This document shows, in pieces, positions 29,329 through 38,597 of a stretch of DNA of 64,000 nt. The stretch is from the NCBI GenBank assembly GCA_001782475.1, contig MFOT01000014.1, forward strand, positions 12,109 to 76,108, written 5' to 3'. The notes below the pieces were generated by a model, which did no database searches, had not been told where the DNA came from, and saw only the letters and a list, made by a program, of their open reading frames with translations. Within the stretch, counting starts at the first letter, position 1; every line of letters starts with the position of its first letter. The position numbers and the translations under genes are program-made. The stretch comes from Candidatus Levybacteria bacterium RIFCSPLOWO2_01_FULL_38_21. GTDB taxonomy: Bacteria; Patescibacteriota; Microgenomatia; Levybacterales; UBA12049.

Positions 29329-29850
29329 CTAAGCCCGATTTTCCCTTTTATGCCAATCGTTTATAGCGTATCTATGCTTGTATGCAATATGCTCTGGAAG
29401 CTGATCTGGTATAAAATATTTCCAATTCTTATGTTCTTTGCTCAACCTAATTTTTCCCTTAGAAGTTCCATAGAAAATAATATCTACGTGCATACCGCGT
29501 GGATCGTCATCAATTAAATATACTCCTGTTATTCCTTGGACAGCAATCTCTAGTCCGGTTTCCTCTTTTGTTTCTCTCTTGATTGCATTCTGAGCCGTCT
29601 CCCTGTAATAGATGAACCCTCCCGGCAGAACCCAATAATTTTTAAAGGGTTCATCTGCTCTTTTAAGCATTAGTATTTCCCCATCTTTATGAAGAAGAAT
29701 ACTCACAACAGGTTTTGGATTATTCCAAAAGATAAAACCACAGTTACTGCATTTTTTGACTTTCTCGTTGTCTATTGCTTGCGGAACTAGATTGCTTGCA
29801 CAATGAGGGCAGTATACATAGAGATCCTTCTCTTTTATTGGTTTGCTCAT
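29329..29850 (-). CDS. NUDIX hydrolase with N-terminal zinc ribbon
   Basis: CPHC...CSNC; Nudix box PGG...ET...AIKRETKEETG. Confidence 0.92.
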   Translation of the reverse strand: MSKPIKEKDLYVYCPHCASNLVPQAIDNEKVKKCSNCGFIFWNNPKPVVSILLHKDGEILMLKRADEPFKNYWVLPGGFIYYRETAQNAIKRETKEETGLEIAVQGITGVYLIDDDPRGMHVDIIFYGTSKGKIRLSKEHKNWKYFIPDQLPEHIAYKHRYAINDWHKRENRA

Positions 29851-29860
29851 TATCTATAGA

Positions 29861-31258
29861 TTAATGGGAGTCATATTGACGATTCCAATCAAGATGAACC
29901 TCCGGAAAATTTTTTAAACTATCCTCAACGAATCCCTTAAGTCGAACAAGTCCCTCGGGAGTTTTTGCTTCTACTCTTAGTACGACAATAGGCCCGGTAT
30001 TTGATGCTCTAAACAAAAACCATCCGTCATTTGTGTATCCACGTATACCATCAAGATCAATAACCTCAGTGCATAGGGGTCTGAAATAGCCTACTATTCG
30101 TTTTACCAGGTCGAACTTGATATCATCAGATACTCCAATTCTGTATTCCGGCGTAGCATAGTATTTAGGGAACGCATCGATGATCTGTGATAGTGTCTTA
30201 TTTTTTTCTGCCAAAATCCTTAATACTTGGCACATGGCGTGAACAGCGTCATCAAATACGTACCAATCCTTTGTTATCCAGTAATGACAGCTCATCTCTC
30301 CGCAGAGAAGCGCTTTTTCTTCATAAACTTTTTCATCGAGCAGGGAATGTCCTGTTTTCCAAAAGATAGGAATACCTCCGAGTCTTTTTGTTTCATCAAC
30401 TACCATCTCCGAATCTTTTAGCTCAACTATTACTTTTTCACCAGGATTTTTGGGTAGGTAATCTTGTACCAATAGTGTAAGGATTATGTCTCCCAACTGA
30501 ATTCTTCCCATATCGTCAACGAAGCCTACACGGTCAGCATCTCCATCGAACAGTATGCCTACGTCCGCCTTATTGTCTAAAACTTTTTTAATGAGATCTT
30601 TGTAAGCATCGATAACAACCGGGTCAGGAATATGAGGAGGATTGGTTGGGTTAAACTCTGAGTAAAGTTCTATGACTTCACATCCTAAATCTCTTAATAG
30701 ATTGGGCACAAAAAGCCCTGCGATCGCAGCACTTGAGTCAACTACCACTTTTAACTTCTTTTTAAGTTTTATTTTCTTTTTGATTTCTTCGTAATAGTCT
30801 TTGTTTCCTTGTGGCCAAGAAGTAATCTTGCCAGTCCCATTTATGAATTCACCTTTTCCCATAAGCTCTCTTATTTGCTGTATTTCCAGACCAGATATCG
30901 TATTGTGACCATGACATAATTTAAACCCGTTATACTGCGGTGGATTATGGCTCGCAGATACCATCACGCCACCGTCAATTTTGTAATATTGTCTTGCGAA
31001 GTACATGGTCGATACAATAGCAATCCCCAGATCAAGTACGTTGCATCCCGTAGAAATTAAGCCCTCCATTAGAGCTTTCTGATAAGGCTCTGAGGTAGTT
31101 CTAGTATCGCGAGCAACTACTACATCTTTTGTTCCCTGACTCTTAAGATATGTTCCATAAGCTTTACCCAAAACCAATGCAAATTCCTTATTAATATCAT
31201 GATCAACAATTCCTCTTATATCGTACTCCCTAAATATTCTTGGGTTAATTTTCAGCAT
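29861..31258 (-). CDS. Phosphomannomutase/phosphoglucomutase
   Basis: FREYDIRG, SASHNP, FDGDADR, GEMS and RASNT motifs. Confidence 0.95.
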   Translation of the reverse strand: MLKINPRIFREYDIRGIVDHDINKEFALVLGKAYGTYLKSQGTKDVVVARDTRTTSEPYQKALMEGLISTGCNVLDLGIAIVSTMYFARQYYKIDGGVMVSASHNPPQYNGFKLCHGHNTISGLEIQQIRELMGKGEFINGTGKITSWPQGNKDYYEEIKKKIKLKKKLKVVVDSSAAIAGLFVPNLLRDLGCEVIELYSEFNPTNPPHIPDPVVIDAYKDLIKKVLDNKADVGILFDGDADRVGFVDDMGRIQLGDIILTLLVQDYLPKNPGEKVIVELKDSEMVVDETKRLGGIPIFWKTGHSLLDEKVYEEKALLCGEMSCHYWITKDWYVFDDAVHAMCQVLRILAEKNKTLSQIIDAFPKYYATPEYRIGVSDDIKFDLVKRIVGYFRPLCTEVIDLDGIRGYTNDGWFLFRASNTGPIVVLRVEAKTPEGLVRLKGFVEDSLKNFPEVHLDWNRQYDSH

Positions 31259-31288
31259 AAATTTTATGGATAGGCATGTTTTTTAATA

Positions 31289-31981
31289 TTAAATTTCCAA
31301 CAAAAAAAAGTCAATGGCGTTAACTAGCGGCATTGAAAGAGTGCCGGTTTTGTAGGAAAGATCTATCTTATATAGTTTTTTGTAAATTTTTGTTAAATGA
31401 TCTTGATCAAAAAAACCTGCCTGCTTTAAAAGCCTTTGTTTTTGCCATGGGGCAAGCTTTTTTACTTCCTCAATTTGAAACTTTGAACTTTTATCTATTA
31501 CTCCCAAAAGAAGCCGAATCTGGCGAACAATCATAAAAACTATAATCTCCTGCGCAGATGTCTTTAAAATCTGGTGAAAAGTTTCTAATAAAAATTTTCC
31601 ATTCCCCGGCTTTAGAGATTCTAAAAAGCTAAATAAAATTTTAGGATAGTTAAAAGTCTTAACTGCGGATTTTGGAAAAAGATTTAGATATTTTGATAAT
31701 GCTTCTTTTTCCTCCCAAATAACAATGTTTCTTTTTTCATTTTCTTTTAATAAAGATGCTATTTCTTTTAACTCGCTGTCTGAACGTTTTTTAGAGAAGA
31801 GATTTTCTAAAACAATATTTTTTTCTTCATCAAGAAAATTTGTTCCCTGAAAAAATTCCGCTAAATCCGCTATTGTTATTTTTTCTCCTTCAAATGTCCG
31901 AAGACTTAAGAATTCATTTTTTTTCTCAAAGAGGTACTCTCTTGAGGAAATAGAATCCTGCCCGTTTATTATTGTAATCAT
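31289..31981 (-). CDS. holA: DNA polymerase III delta subunit-like protein (short)
   Basis: Delta C-terminal pattern MIVRQIRLL...KID...KTG; N-terminal IINGQD. Confidence 0.7.
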   Translation of the reverse strand: MITIINGQDSISSREYLFEKKNEFLSLRTFEGEKITIADLAEFFQGTNFLDEEKNIVLENLFSKKRSDSELKEIASLLKENEKRNIVIWEEKEALSKYLNLFPKSAVKTFNYPKILFSFLESLKPGNGKFLLETFHQILKTSAQEIIVFMIVRQIRLLLGVIDKSSKFQIEEVKKLAPWQKQRLLKQAGFFDQDHLTKIYKKLYKIDLSYKTGTLSMPLVNAIDFFLLEI

Positions 31982-32352
31982 AAAGAATTTTTATACTCTT
32001 TAAATAATTTGTTTGTCAAAGACCCCAAATGTCTCTTTCTTATGCGGTGGTGAAGAAGAGCACCTGAAAAATTTTTAGGAATGTGCAAAAGTTCGTGAAT
32101 TAAAACTTTTTTTCGATTATCCTCCGGAAGCTTATCGTAATGTTTTGATAAAACTTCTATTACATAAGCAGCTTCTATAGACAGGGCTTTTTGAAATATT
32201 TTAGGCATTGCCCAAATTCTTGCATACGATCTTGATTTTGAGCCGTAGCTTCTAAAACAAAATATTCTTGAGGATTTGATATGCGGAAGTTTCAAAACTT
32301 TAAGAATTTTCTTTATATCTTTTTTAACATCTTTTGCCTCTTTCCACTCCAT
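31978..32352 (-). CDS. Putative metallopeptidase
   Basis: HELLH zinc motif; YARIW and YVIEV. Confidence 0.75.
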   Translation of the reverse strand: MEWKEAKDVKKDIKKILKVLKLPHIKSSRIFCFRSYGSKSRSYARIWAMPKIFQKALSIEAAYVIEVLSKHYDKLPEDNRKKVLIHELLHIPKNFSGALLHHRIRKRHLGSLTNKLFKEYKNSL

Positions 32353-32440
32353 ATACTAATACTACAAATACTACCAATAAATACCAATAATCCAATATTC
32401 AAATATTTGTTTATTTGAGATTTGTGGCATTGGTATTATT
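32353..32440. repeat. Imperfect inverted repeat built from ~9-bp units
   Basis: TACTAATAC/TACAAATAC/TACCAATAA units; AATACCAAT...ATTGGTATT and TCAAATA...TATTTGA pairings. Confidence 0.6.
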
Positions 32441-32441
32441 A

Positions 32442-32960
32442 TCAAGTATGTTTATCTGCAACATAGGAAGCACCGTATGCTTCGGGTTTTGTCTTTGCCA
32501 CAAATCCATTACCTGTTACCATTCCCACGACTTCTTTTATCATATCTCTAGTGTCTCCGTGTTCTCCAACATCTATATGAATTTCTAAATTGTAGGAAGG
32601 CATCTCACCGTTTAATTTCTTTTTAAGAAGCGGCACAAAAGAGAATGCAAAAGCAAGAGAGCTCATTGTCTCAGCATAAATTTTTTCTCTCAAACTATGT
32701 ATGTTTGATTGAGAAACTTTTTTCCAGAAATATTTTCCTCCAAAGCCTTTACGATGAACAAGAACTGCGGTAACAAGACTGATCTGTCTGTTGCTTTTTC
32801 CTAAACCTTTCTCGTGGGAATCTGTTCCTATTACCAAGCTATATTCTGCACCTGGATCTTCTTCTAAAAACACCTTTATATAATTTATAACATCCCCGAT
32901 TCTTAATTGTCCGTAAGTTACGCTTTGGTAAAATCCATTTACAACCTGATACTCATCCAT
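32442..32960 (-). CDS. RNase H-like YkuK (DUF458) family protein
   Basis: IGTDS, LREKIYAE, LEIHIDVG and KPEAYGASYVAD motifs. Confidence 0.9.
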   Translation of the reverse strand: MDEYQVVNGFYQSVTYGQLRIGDVINYIKVFLEEDPGAEYSLVIGTDSHEKGLGKSNRQISLVTAVLVHRKGFGGKYFWKKVSQSNIHSLREKIYAETMSSLAFAFSFVPLLKKKLNGEMPSYNLEIHIDVGEHGDTRDMIKEVVGMVTGNGFVAKTKPEAYGASYVADKHT

Positions 32961-33005
32961 ATTTTAGGACTTATTATACCACAATTATTAAGACTTGCTA
33001 TCATC

Positions 33006-34208
33006 CTATAGTTTAAAACCGAGAGTTTTTGTTATACTTTCCAAAAATAGAATCAGAGTACCTTCGTCTTTTTTATTTTTCTTTAAAATTCTTTTTGCAA
33101 CTTTTAAAACCAGCTCAAGCGACCGAGGGGTATTTACGTCATCATCCATAATTTTAATGAACTTATTGAAATAAGATGCGCCAATTATCTTTTTACTAGA
33201 GGAATTTTTTTGTTTTACAGCTTTTTTAACTATATTAATACAATTCCTGGCATATTCAAGTTCTTTTTCCTCATATTCCCAAGGTTGTTTATAATGGTGT
33301 GAAAGCAAAGTCCATCTTACCGCATTAGGCGTATATTTTTTAAGAAGGTCTTTGATCATTATTAAGTTGCCCAAGGACTTTGACATTTTTTCACCATTGC
33401 AAAAAACCATTCCAGTATGCATCCAGTACCTTACAAAGGGGGCTTTGCCTGTATAACTTTCGGACTCCGCAATTTCACTTTCGTGATGGGGGAATATCAA
33501 GTCTTTTCCGCCACCATGAATATCTATTCTTTGGCCTAAAAATCTATCTGCCATAGCAGAGCATTCTATATGCCAGCCCGGACGGCCTTTTTCTTTACCC
33601 TGAGCGGAGTCGAAGGGCCAAAAGGGTTCACCTGCTTTTGTCTTTTGCCATAAAACAAAATCGAGTGGATCTTTTTTAAAAGGGTCAGAAGGATCAGCGC
33701 CTCTTTCTTTTGAAATAAGAATCATCTGCTTTCTGTTAAATTTTGACAACCTACCGTATTTTTTGAATTTTCCAACATCGAAGTAGATGTTTCCATCCCT
33801 TTTATATGCAAGACCCTTCTTAAGTAATGAGATAATGATTTGAATCATTTTATTAATTGAATCTGTAGCTTTTACAAAATTGGTTGGAAGTAATACATTA
33901 AGCGATTTCATGTCTTGAATATATCTATCTGTCCAATAATCACCTAAAATCTTCCAGTTTTTGCCTTCTTCTTTTGCTTTTTTGAGAATATCATCATCAA
34001 TATCTGTTACATTTTGCGTGTACTTTACTTTATAACCCTTAAGTGCGAGATAGCGAATTAGTACATCAAAGAAAACATAGGTAAATGCATGTCCTATGTG
34101 AGTTGTATCATAAGGTGTAATTCCGCAGACATAAATTGAAACATTATTTTTTTTAAGAGGTTTAAAAACTTCTTTTTCCCGCGTTAAAGAATTATAAAGC
34201 TTAAGCAC
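33006..34208 (-). CDS. Cysteinyl-tRNA synthetase family protein, MshC-like, lacking the anticodon-binding domain
   Basis: CGITPYD..HIGH, GRPGWHIECSAM, DLIFPHHE and KMSKS; only 400 aa, ends LGFKL. Confidence 0.85.
   Translation of the reverse strand: MLKLYNSLTREKEVFKPLKKNNVSIYVCGITPYDTTHIGHAFTYVFFDVLIRYLALKGYKVKYTQNVTDIDDDILKKAKEEGKNWKILGDYWTDRYIQDMKSLNVLLPTNFVKATDSINKMIQIIISLLKKGLAYKRDGNIYFDVGKFKKYGRLSKFNRKQMILISKERGADPSDPFKKDPLDFVLWQKTKAGEPFWPFDSAQGKEKGRPGWHIECSAMADRFLGQRIDIHGGGKDLIFPHHESEIAESESYTGKAPFVRYWMHTGMVFCNGEKMSKSLGNLIMIKDLLKKYTPNAVRWTLLSHHYKQPWEYEEKELEYARNCINIVKKAVKQKNSSSKKIIGASYFNKFIKIMDDDVNTPRSLELVLKVAKRILKKNKKDEGTLILFLESITKTLGFKL
33598..33617. repeat. Family-A palindrome inside the CysRS-like gene
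   Basis: CCCTGAGCGGAGTCGAAGGG; encodes PFDSAQG. Confidence 0.8.
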
Positions 34209-34268
34209 GATTACTATTATACATCAAGAAAGGGGATTTATTTGCTTTTAAGAGCAAATAAAGCTTGC

Positions 34269-34290
34269 TCTCCGAAGCCTTGGCGAAAGA
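34269..34290. repeat. Short palindromic element abutting the tRNA-Lys CCA
   Basis: TCTCCGAAGCCTTGGCGAAAGA with GCC-TT-GGC core. Confidence 0.5.
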
Positions 34291-34365
34291 TGGTGAGCCG
34301 TGCAGGATTCGAACCTGCGACCAAGAGCTTAAAAGGCTCCTGCTCTACCGCTGAGCTAACGGCCC
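34291..34365 (-). tRNA. tRNA-Lys(TTT)
   Basis: GGGCCGT...ACGGCTCA-CCA; anticodon loop CTTTTAA. Confidence 0.97.
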
Positions 34366-34457
34366 TCAGGAACAATTATATCAAGCTAAGTATAACTTGA
34401 CAAGATAATCTTATATATATAGACTAATAAAAGACCCGTGACAGAGAGGAGGTGAAA

Positions 34458-35117
34458 ATGACTAATATTGGAGAGACATTAGTTGCCTCTATAAACGCAG
34501 GTCTTGTTGCGCTTACAGCATTTGTCCCCAAATTTGTCCTTGGACTCGTTATACTTCTGGTTGGTATCATTATTGCTTCAATTTTAAAACAAGCAGTCCT
34601 TGAACTTTTTAAGGCATTAAAAATTGAATCTTTCCTCAAAAAATACGGAGTCCCAGAAGCAAAAGACGAATTTTCGTGGTCTGGCATCTTAGCAGAGATC
34701 GTAAGATGGTTTGTTATAATAGTTTTCCTACTTCCTACGGCAGACATTTGGGGATTACCAAAAGTTGATTTAGTGTTAAGCCAGGTCCTATTATACTTAC
34801 CAAATGTTTTCGTTGCGGTAATAATTACACTGGTTGGATTTGTTTTTGCAAGACTTGCCCATGATGTAATCTTAGCATCTACCAAAGGTTTGTCTTCGGA
34901 GACAGCTAGAACTGTTGCGTCGATAACCCGTTGGGCAATCAGTGTTTTTGTGATTTTGGCTGTATTAAACCAGTTGGGCGTTGCATCGGACCTTATAAGA
35001 ATTCTCTTTACAGGTTTTGTTGCAATGCTTGCTATAGCCGGCGGAATTGCCTTTGGTCTTGGGGGGCAGGGAAGCGCAAAAGACATTGTTGAGGGAATAA
35101 GAAACAAGCTTAAATAA
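34458..35117 (+). CDS. TM-helix repeat membrane protein (MscS-associated/CmpX-like)
   Basis: Two repeats of (F/Y)(V/L)P(K/N)...IILLVG; GIAFGLGG; SD GGAGGTG before ATG 34458. Confidence 0.85.
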   Translation: MTNIGETLVASINAGLVALTAFVPKFVLGLVILLVGIIIASILKQAVLELFKALKIESFLKKYGVPEAKDEFSWSGILAEIVRWFVIIVFLLPTADIWGLPKVDLVLSQVLLYLPNVFVAVIITLVGFVFARLAHDVILASTKGLSSETARTVASITRWAISVFVILAVLNQLGVASDLIRILFTGFVAMLAIAGGIAFGLGGQGSAKDIVEGIRNKLK

Positions 35118-35134
35118 AAGAAGTCAGACTTCTT
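35118..35134. repeat. Perfect palindrome AAGAAGT-CAG-ACTTCTT (REP-like or terminator)
   Basis: Directly after the stop codon; same 3-nt-loop geometry as the other palindromes. Confidence 0.55.
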
Positions 35135-35240
35135 AAAAATTGTATTAGGGCTTGTATTAGGATATAATACCGACATAAACCGTCGTAAGTAGTGTGCGTA
35201 GCTATGTTGTCCATTAAGCGCTGGTTTTCAAAAATATTTT

Positions 35241-35316
35241 GGCCCCATCGTCTAGCGGCTTAGGACAGCTGGTTTTCAGCCAGCTAACACCGGTTCGAAT
35301 CCGGTTGGGGTCACCA
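35241..35316 (+). tRNA. tRNA-Glu(TTC)
   Basis: GGCCCCA/TGGGGTC; anticodon arm GCTGG-TTTTCAG-CCAGC; CCA encoded. Confidence 0.96.
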
Positions 35317-35375
35317 AGATGTTAATTATTCTTCACATTTGACTCCGCAGTGATATATGTTAGTATAAATATAAT

Positions 35376-37055
35376 ATGCTCCTGCCCGATGAGCAAATAA
35401 AAGTTATTCTTTTTCGAGCGGGTATTGATCAAAAAACCCTTGATGATTTAGAAATTTTTACAAGAAACGCTCGAATTACACTCCAGGAAGCGGCAATTGA
35501 GAAAGATGTCATTACCGACGAAAGATTAGGTCTCCTAGTTGCCAGTCATATAAAATTTCCATTCATCTCTCTATCAAAAATTACTATTCCTGAAAGCGTT
35601 TTTCGTATTGTACCAGAGAGACTTGCCAGAAAGTATAAGGTGATTGCTTTTGCCCGTGACATGGACGGAATAAAACTGGCTATGTCAGATCCCGCGGACC
35701 TACGCTTTCAAGAAATGATTATTAAAAAAACTGGACAAAGGGCAACCCCATACCTGGCAACAGAAAGAGATATTGAAAACACGCTTCAGGTATACAGAAA
35801 AGATTTGAAAAAATCATTTGACGAATTACTTCAAAGTGAGATTAGTAAAAATGCCAGTGATATCGGGGATGCGCCAATTGCAAAAATTGTTGATCTTCTT
35901 ATTACATATGCATACCGTGACAAAGCATCTGACATTCACATTGAACCGGAGGAAAAAGATTTATTGATTCGTTTTAGGATAGACGGTATTTTACATGATG
36001 TGCTATATCTAGATAAAAAATTACATGATAGAATTTTGACTCGCATCAAAATACTTTCAAGACTTAGAACAGATGAACATTTAAGCGCACAGGATGGAAA
36101 GATCAGGCTCGTTGTCGACGAGGATAATTTAGATTTGCGTGTTTCTATAATTCCATTAATAGAGGGGGAAAATGCAGTACTACGTCTTTTGTCTTCTCAT
36201 TATCGCCAATTCTCTCTCCTTGACCTAGGCATGAATGAGCGAGATTTAAAAAAAGTTACCAGCGCAATAGATAAATCAAATAGTATGATTTTATCAACAG
36301 GCCCAACTGGTTCAGGCAAGACAACCACTATTTATGCGCTCCTCAAAATTCTCAATACTAGAGAAAAGAACATAACCACCATTGAGGATCCCGTTGAGTA
36401 TAAAATTCAGGGGGTAAATCAAATTCAAGTAAATGTAAAAACGAATCTTACATTCGCAGAGGGTCTTAGGAGTATTCTAAGGCAAGATCCTAATATTACC
36501 TTTGTCGGAGAAATTAGAGATATTGAAACCGCGGGAATTGCTGTAAACGCTGCTTTAACTGGTCATTTAGTTGTCTCAACTCTTCACACCAATGATGCGG
36601 CTACTGCACTTCCTCGACTAATTGACATGAAGGTTGAGCCATTTCTTGTTGCCTCAACAGTCAGTATTATTATTGCTCAAAGATTAGTCCGAAAAATTTG
36701 TGAATCATGCAAGATGCAAATTACTGTAAAAAGATCCGATATAGAAAAAAATATTTCAAAAGGAATGATTTCCAAACATTTTACAATGACAGAAGATATA
36801 ACCATGTATAAGGGGAGGGGATGTAAGGTTTGCCATTTTACAGGTTATTTAGGTAGGATTGGCATCTTTGAAGTACTTGAGGTTACAGATAGAATTCGTA
36901 AATTAATCACAGAAAAGAATGATTCCGGTATTATTGCTCAAGCGGCCATTGAAGAAGGGATGACCACAATGCTTGATGATGGTTTGGATAAGATTAAGAA
37001 AGGAATGACAACACTTGAAGAGGTACTTCGAGTCACCAATGTTGGTGCACTATGA
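35376..37055 (+). CDS. pilB: Type IV pilus assembly ATPase (PilB/GspE)
   Basis: ASDIHIEP, GPTGSGKTT, TIEDPVE, LRQDP, TGHLV.STLH and Zn motif. Confidence 0.95.
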   Translation: MLLPDEQIKVILFRAGIDQKTLDDLEIFTRNARITLQEAAIEKDVITDERLGLLVASHIKFPFISLSKITIPESVFRIVPERLARKYKVIAFARDMDGIKLAMSDPADLRFQEMIIKKTGQRATPYLATERDIENTLQVYRKDLKKSFDELLQSEISKNASDIGDAPIAKIVDLLITYAYRDKASDIHIEPEEKDLLIRFRIDGILHDVLYLDKKLHDRILTRIKILSRLRTDEHLSAQDGKIRLVVDEDNLDLRVSIIPLIEGENAVLRLLSSHYRQFSLLDLGMNERDLKKVTSAIDKSNSMILSTGPTGSGKTTTIYALLKILNTREKNITTIEDPVEYKIQGVNQIQVNVKTNLTFAEGLRSILRQDPNITFVGEIRDIETAGIAVNAALTGHLVVSTLHTNDAATALPRLIDMKVEPFLVASTVSIIIAQRLVRKICESCKMQITVKRSDIEKNISKGMISKHFTMTEDITMYKGRGCKVCHFTGYLGRIGIFEVLEVTDRIRKLITEKNDSGIIAQAAIEEGMTTMLDDGLDKIKKGMTTLEEVLRVTNVGAL

Positions 37056-38104
37056 AAACTGAACATATTAGATTATCCAGCAGTGATACGTTAACTATGA
37101 TAGGCACATTTTCCACCATGATGAATGCAGGTATTCCAATTCTTGAAACCGTAGACTCGCTTCTTGAAGATGCAAGAGGAAATACGAAGAAAATTCTTAT
37201 TTCTATAAGAGAAGATCTTATTCAAGGAAAACCTCTTCATGTATGCTTCTCTAAATTTCCATTAGCTTTCGATAAAGTTTCAGTGAATATTATAAAAGCT
37301 TCAGAAGAAGCAGGGACGCTACATATTGTATTAAAGGATTTAAGAGATCAAATTCAGAAAGATATGGAATTTACAGATAATGTAAAATCTGCGTTAATGT
37401 ATCCTTTTATTGTCCTTATTGTTTTCCTAGCAGTGCTTCTAATAATCCTCGTTGTGGTAATTCCAAAAATTTCTACGGTGTTTTTACAGCTACGTGTTGA
37501 TTTGCCGCTTCCAACGCGTGTTCTCATTTTTGCCTCAAATGCAATTTTGCATAATTTAATTCTACTTTTGATTGCACTTCTTGGTATAGGTTTTGGCATC
37601 CATTTTTTGTTCAGAATCCAAAGGAAGTTTATCCTCCATTTGCTATATACGCTTCCTTTTGTCTCAACAATTATTAAAGGGATAGATTTGACGCGATTCT
37701 TCAGGAGCATGTATCTATTACTTAATTCCGGCGTCATCATAACATCTGCGCTGGAGTTGGCAAAAGATGTTGTGATACGTCAAGATATTGCCAAATCCAT
37801 AGGATATGCTCAAGAAAGTGTTCTTGCAGGACGAAGACTCTCTGAGGCGCTCAAAGAAAGAAAAGATATTTTTTCTGGAACTACGATTAAGATTGTAGAA
37901 GCCGGAGAGAGAACTGGAACACTAGATAAGTCAATGGGGGACATATCAAACGATATGGATTACCAGGTTGCCAAAATGCTTAAAACATCAATTACCCTAC
38001 TTGAACCGCTTATGCTTATATTTATGTCTATTTTGGTAGGAGGAATGATGATATCAATTATTGCTCCAATTTATGGATTGGTTAGTAGTATTGGCGGAGG
38101 ATAG
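37052..38104 (+). CDS. pilC: Type IV pilus platform protein (PilC/GspF)
   Basis: Two T2SSF repeats (SEEAGTL, GERTGTL); LMYP and LLEP motifs. Confidence 0.93.
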   Translation: MKTEHIRLSSSDTLTMIGTFSTMMNAGIPILETVDSLLEDARGNTKKILISIREDLIQGKPLHVCFSKFPLAFDKVSVNIIKASEEAGTLHIVLKDLRDQIQKDMEFTDNVKSALMYPFIVLIVFLAVLLIILVVVIPKISTVFLQLRVDLPLPTRVLIFASNAILHNLILLLIALLGIGFGIHFLFRIQRKFILHLLYTLPFVSTIIKGIDLTRFFRSMYLLLNSGVIITSALELAKDVVIRQDIAKSIGYAQESVLAGRRLSEALKERKDIFSGTTIKIVEAGERTGTLDKSMGDISNDMDYQVAKMLKTSITLLEPLMLIFMSILVGGMMISIIAPIYGLVSSIGGG

Positions 38105-38106
38105 AC

Positions 38107-38595
38107 ATGAAGAAAATTTTCAATTCCGAACGCGGGTTTACACTTGTTGAGCTAGGTATTGTTTTTGGAATTATAGCTCTTTTATTTGGATTTGCAACAA
38201 TTAATCTGGTAAATGTTCAAAAAGTGACCTCGATAAATTCGGCGATTGATACATTGGTATCAGACATGAAAAGTCAACAAACAAAAGCAATGGTTGGTAC
38301 CGGAAGCGTAGCAGGAGAAAGCTTCGGTATGTATTTTCAGTCAGATAGGTACATTTTGTTTACTGGCACGACCTATTCCAGCACGAATTCTTCGAATTTT
38401 ACCATTATGCTGGGGAGTAGCATTCAATTTGCTAACAGTACATTTCCTGATAATACTATAGTTTTCCTACGACAATCAGGAGAATTGAGCGGATTTATAG
38501 ATGAGAGAAATACTATAGCCATCCAGAACACCCAAGGGCTTAATAAGAAAACAATTACTGTTAATCGATATGGTGTAGTAACGAAAGTAAATTAG
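38107..38595 (+). CDS. Minor pilin (FimT/GspH-like)
   Basis: Prepilin motif RG-FTLVEL. Confidence 0.88.
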   Translation: MKKIFNSERGFTLVELGIVFGIIALLFGFATINLVNVQKVTSINSAIDTLVSDMKSQQTKAMVGTGSVAGESFGMYFQSDRYILFTGTTYSSTNSSNFTIMLGSSIQFANSTFPDNTIVFLRQSGELSGFIDERNTIAIQNTQGLNKKTITVNRYGVVTKVN

Positions 38596-38597
38596 CA

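Noticed and set aside
34424-35176. 250-aa minus-strand ORF
   Set aside because: Antisense shadow of the TM-helix gene, which has the SD and family motifs.
35171-35227. Pistol-, twister- or HDV-like ribozyme in the tRNA-Glu leader (TAAGCG, alternative pseudoknot pairings)
   Set aside because: Strand order and catalytic-core nucleotides do not fit, and part of the needed stem lies upstream of the likely TSS. A simple hairpin explains it.
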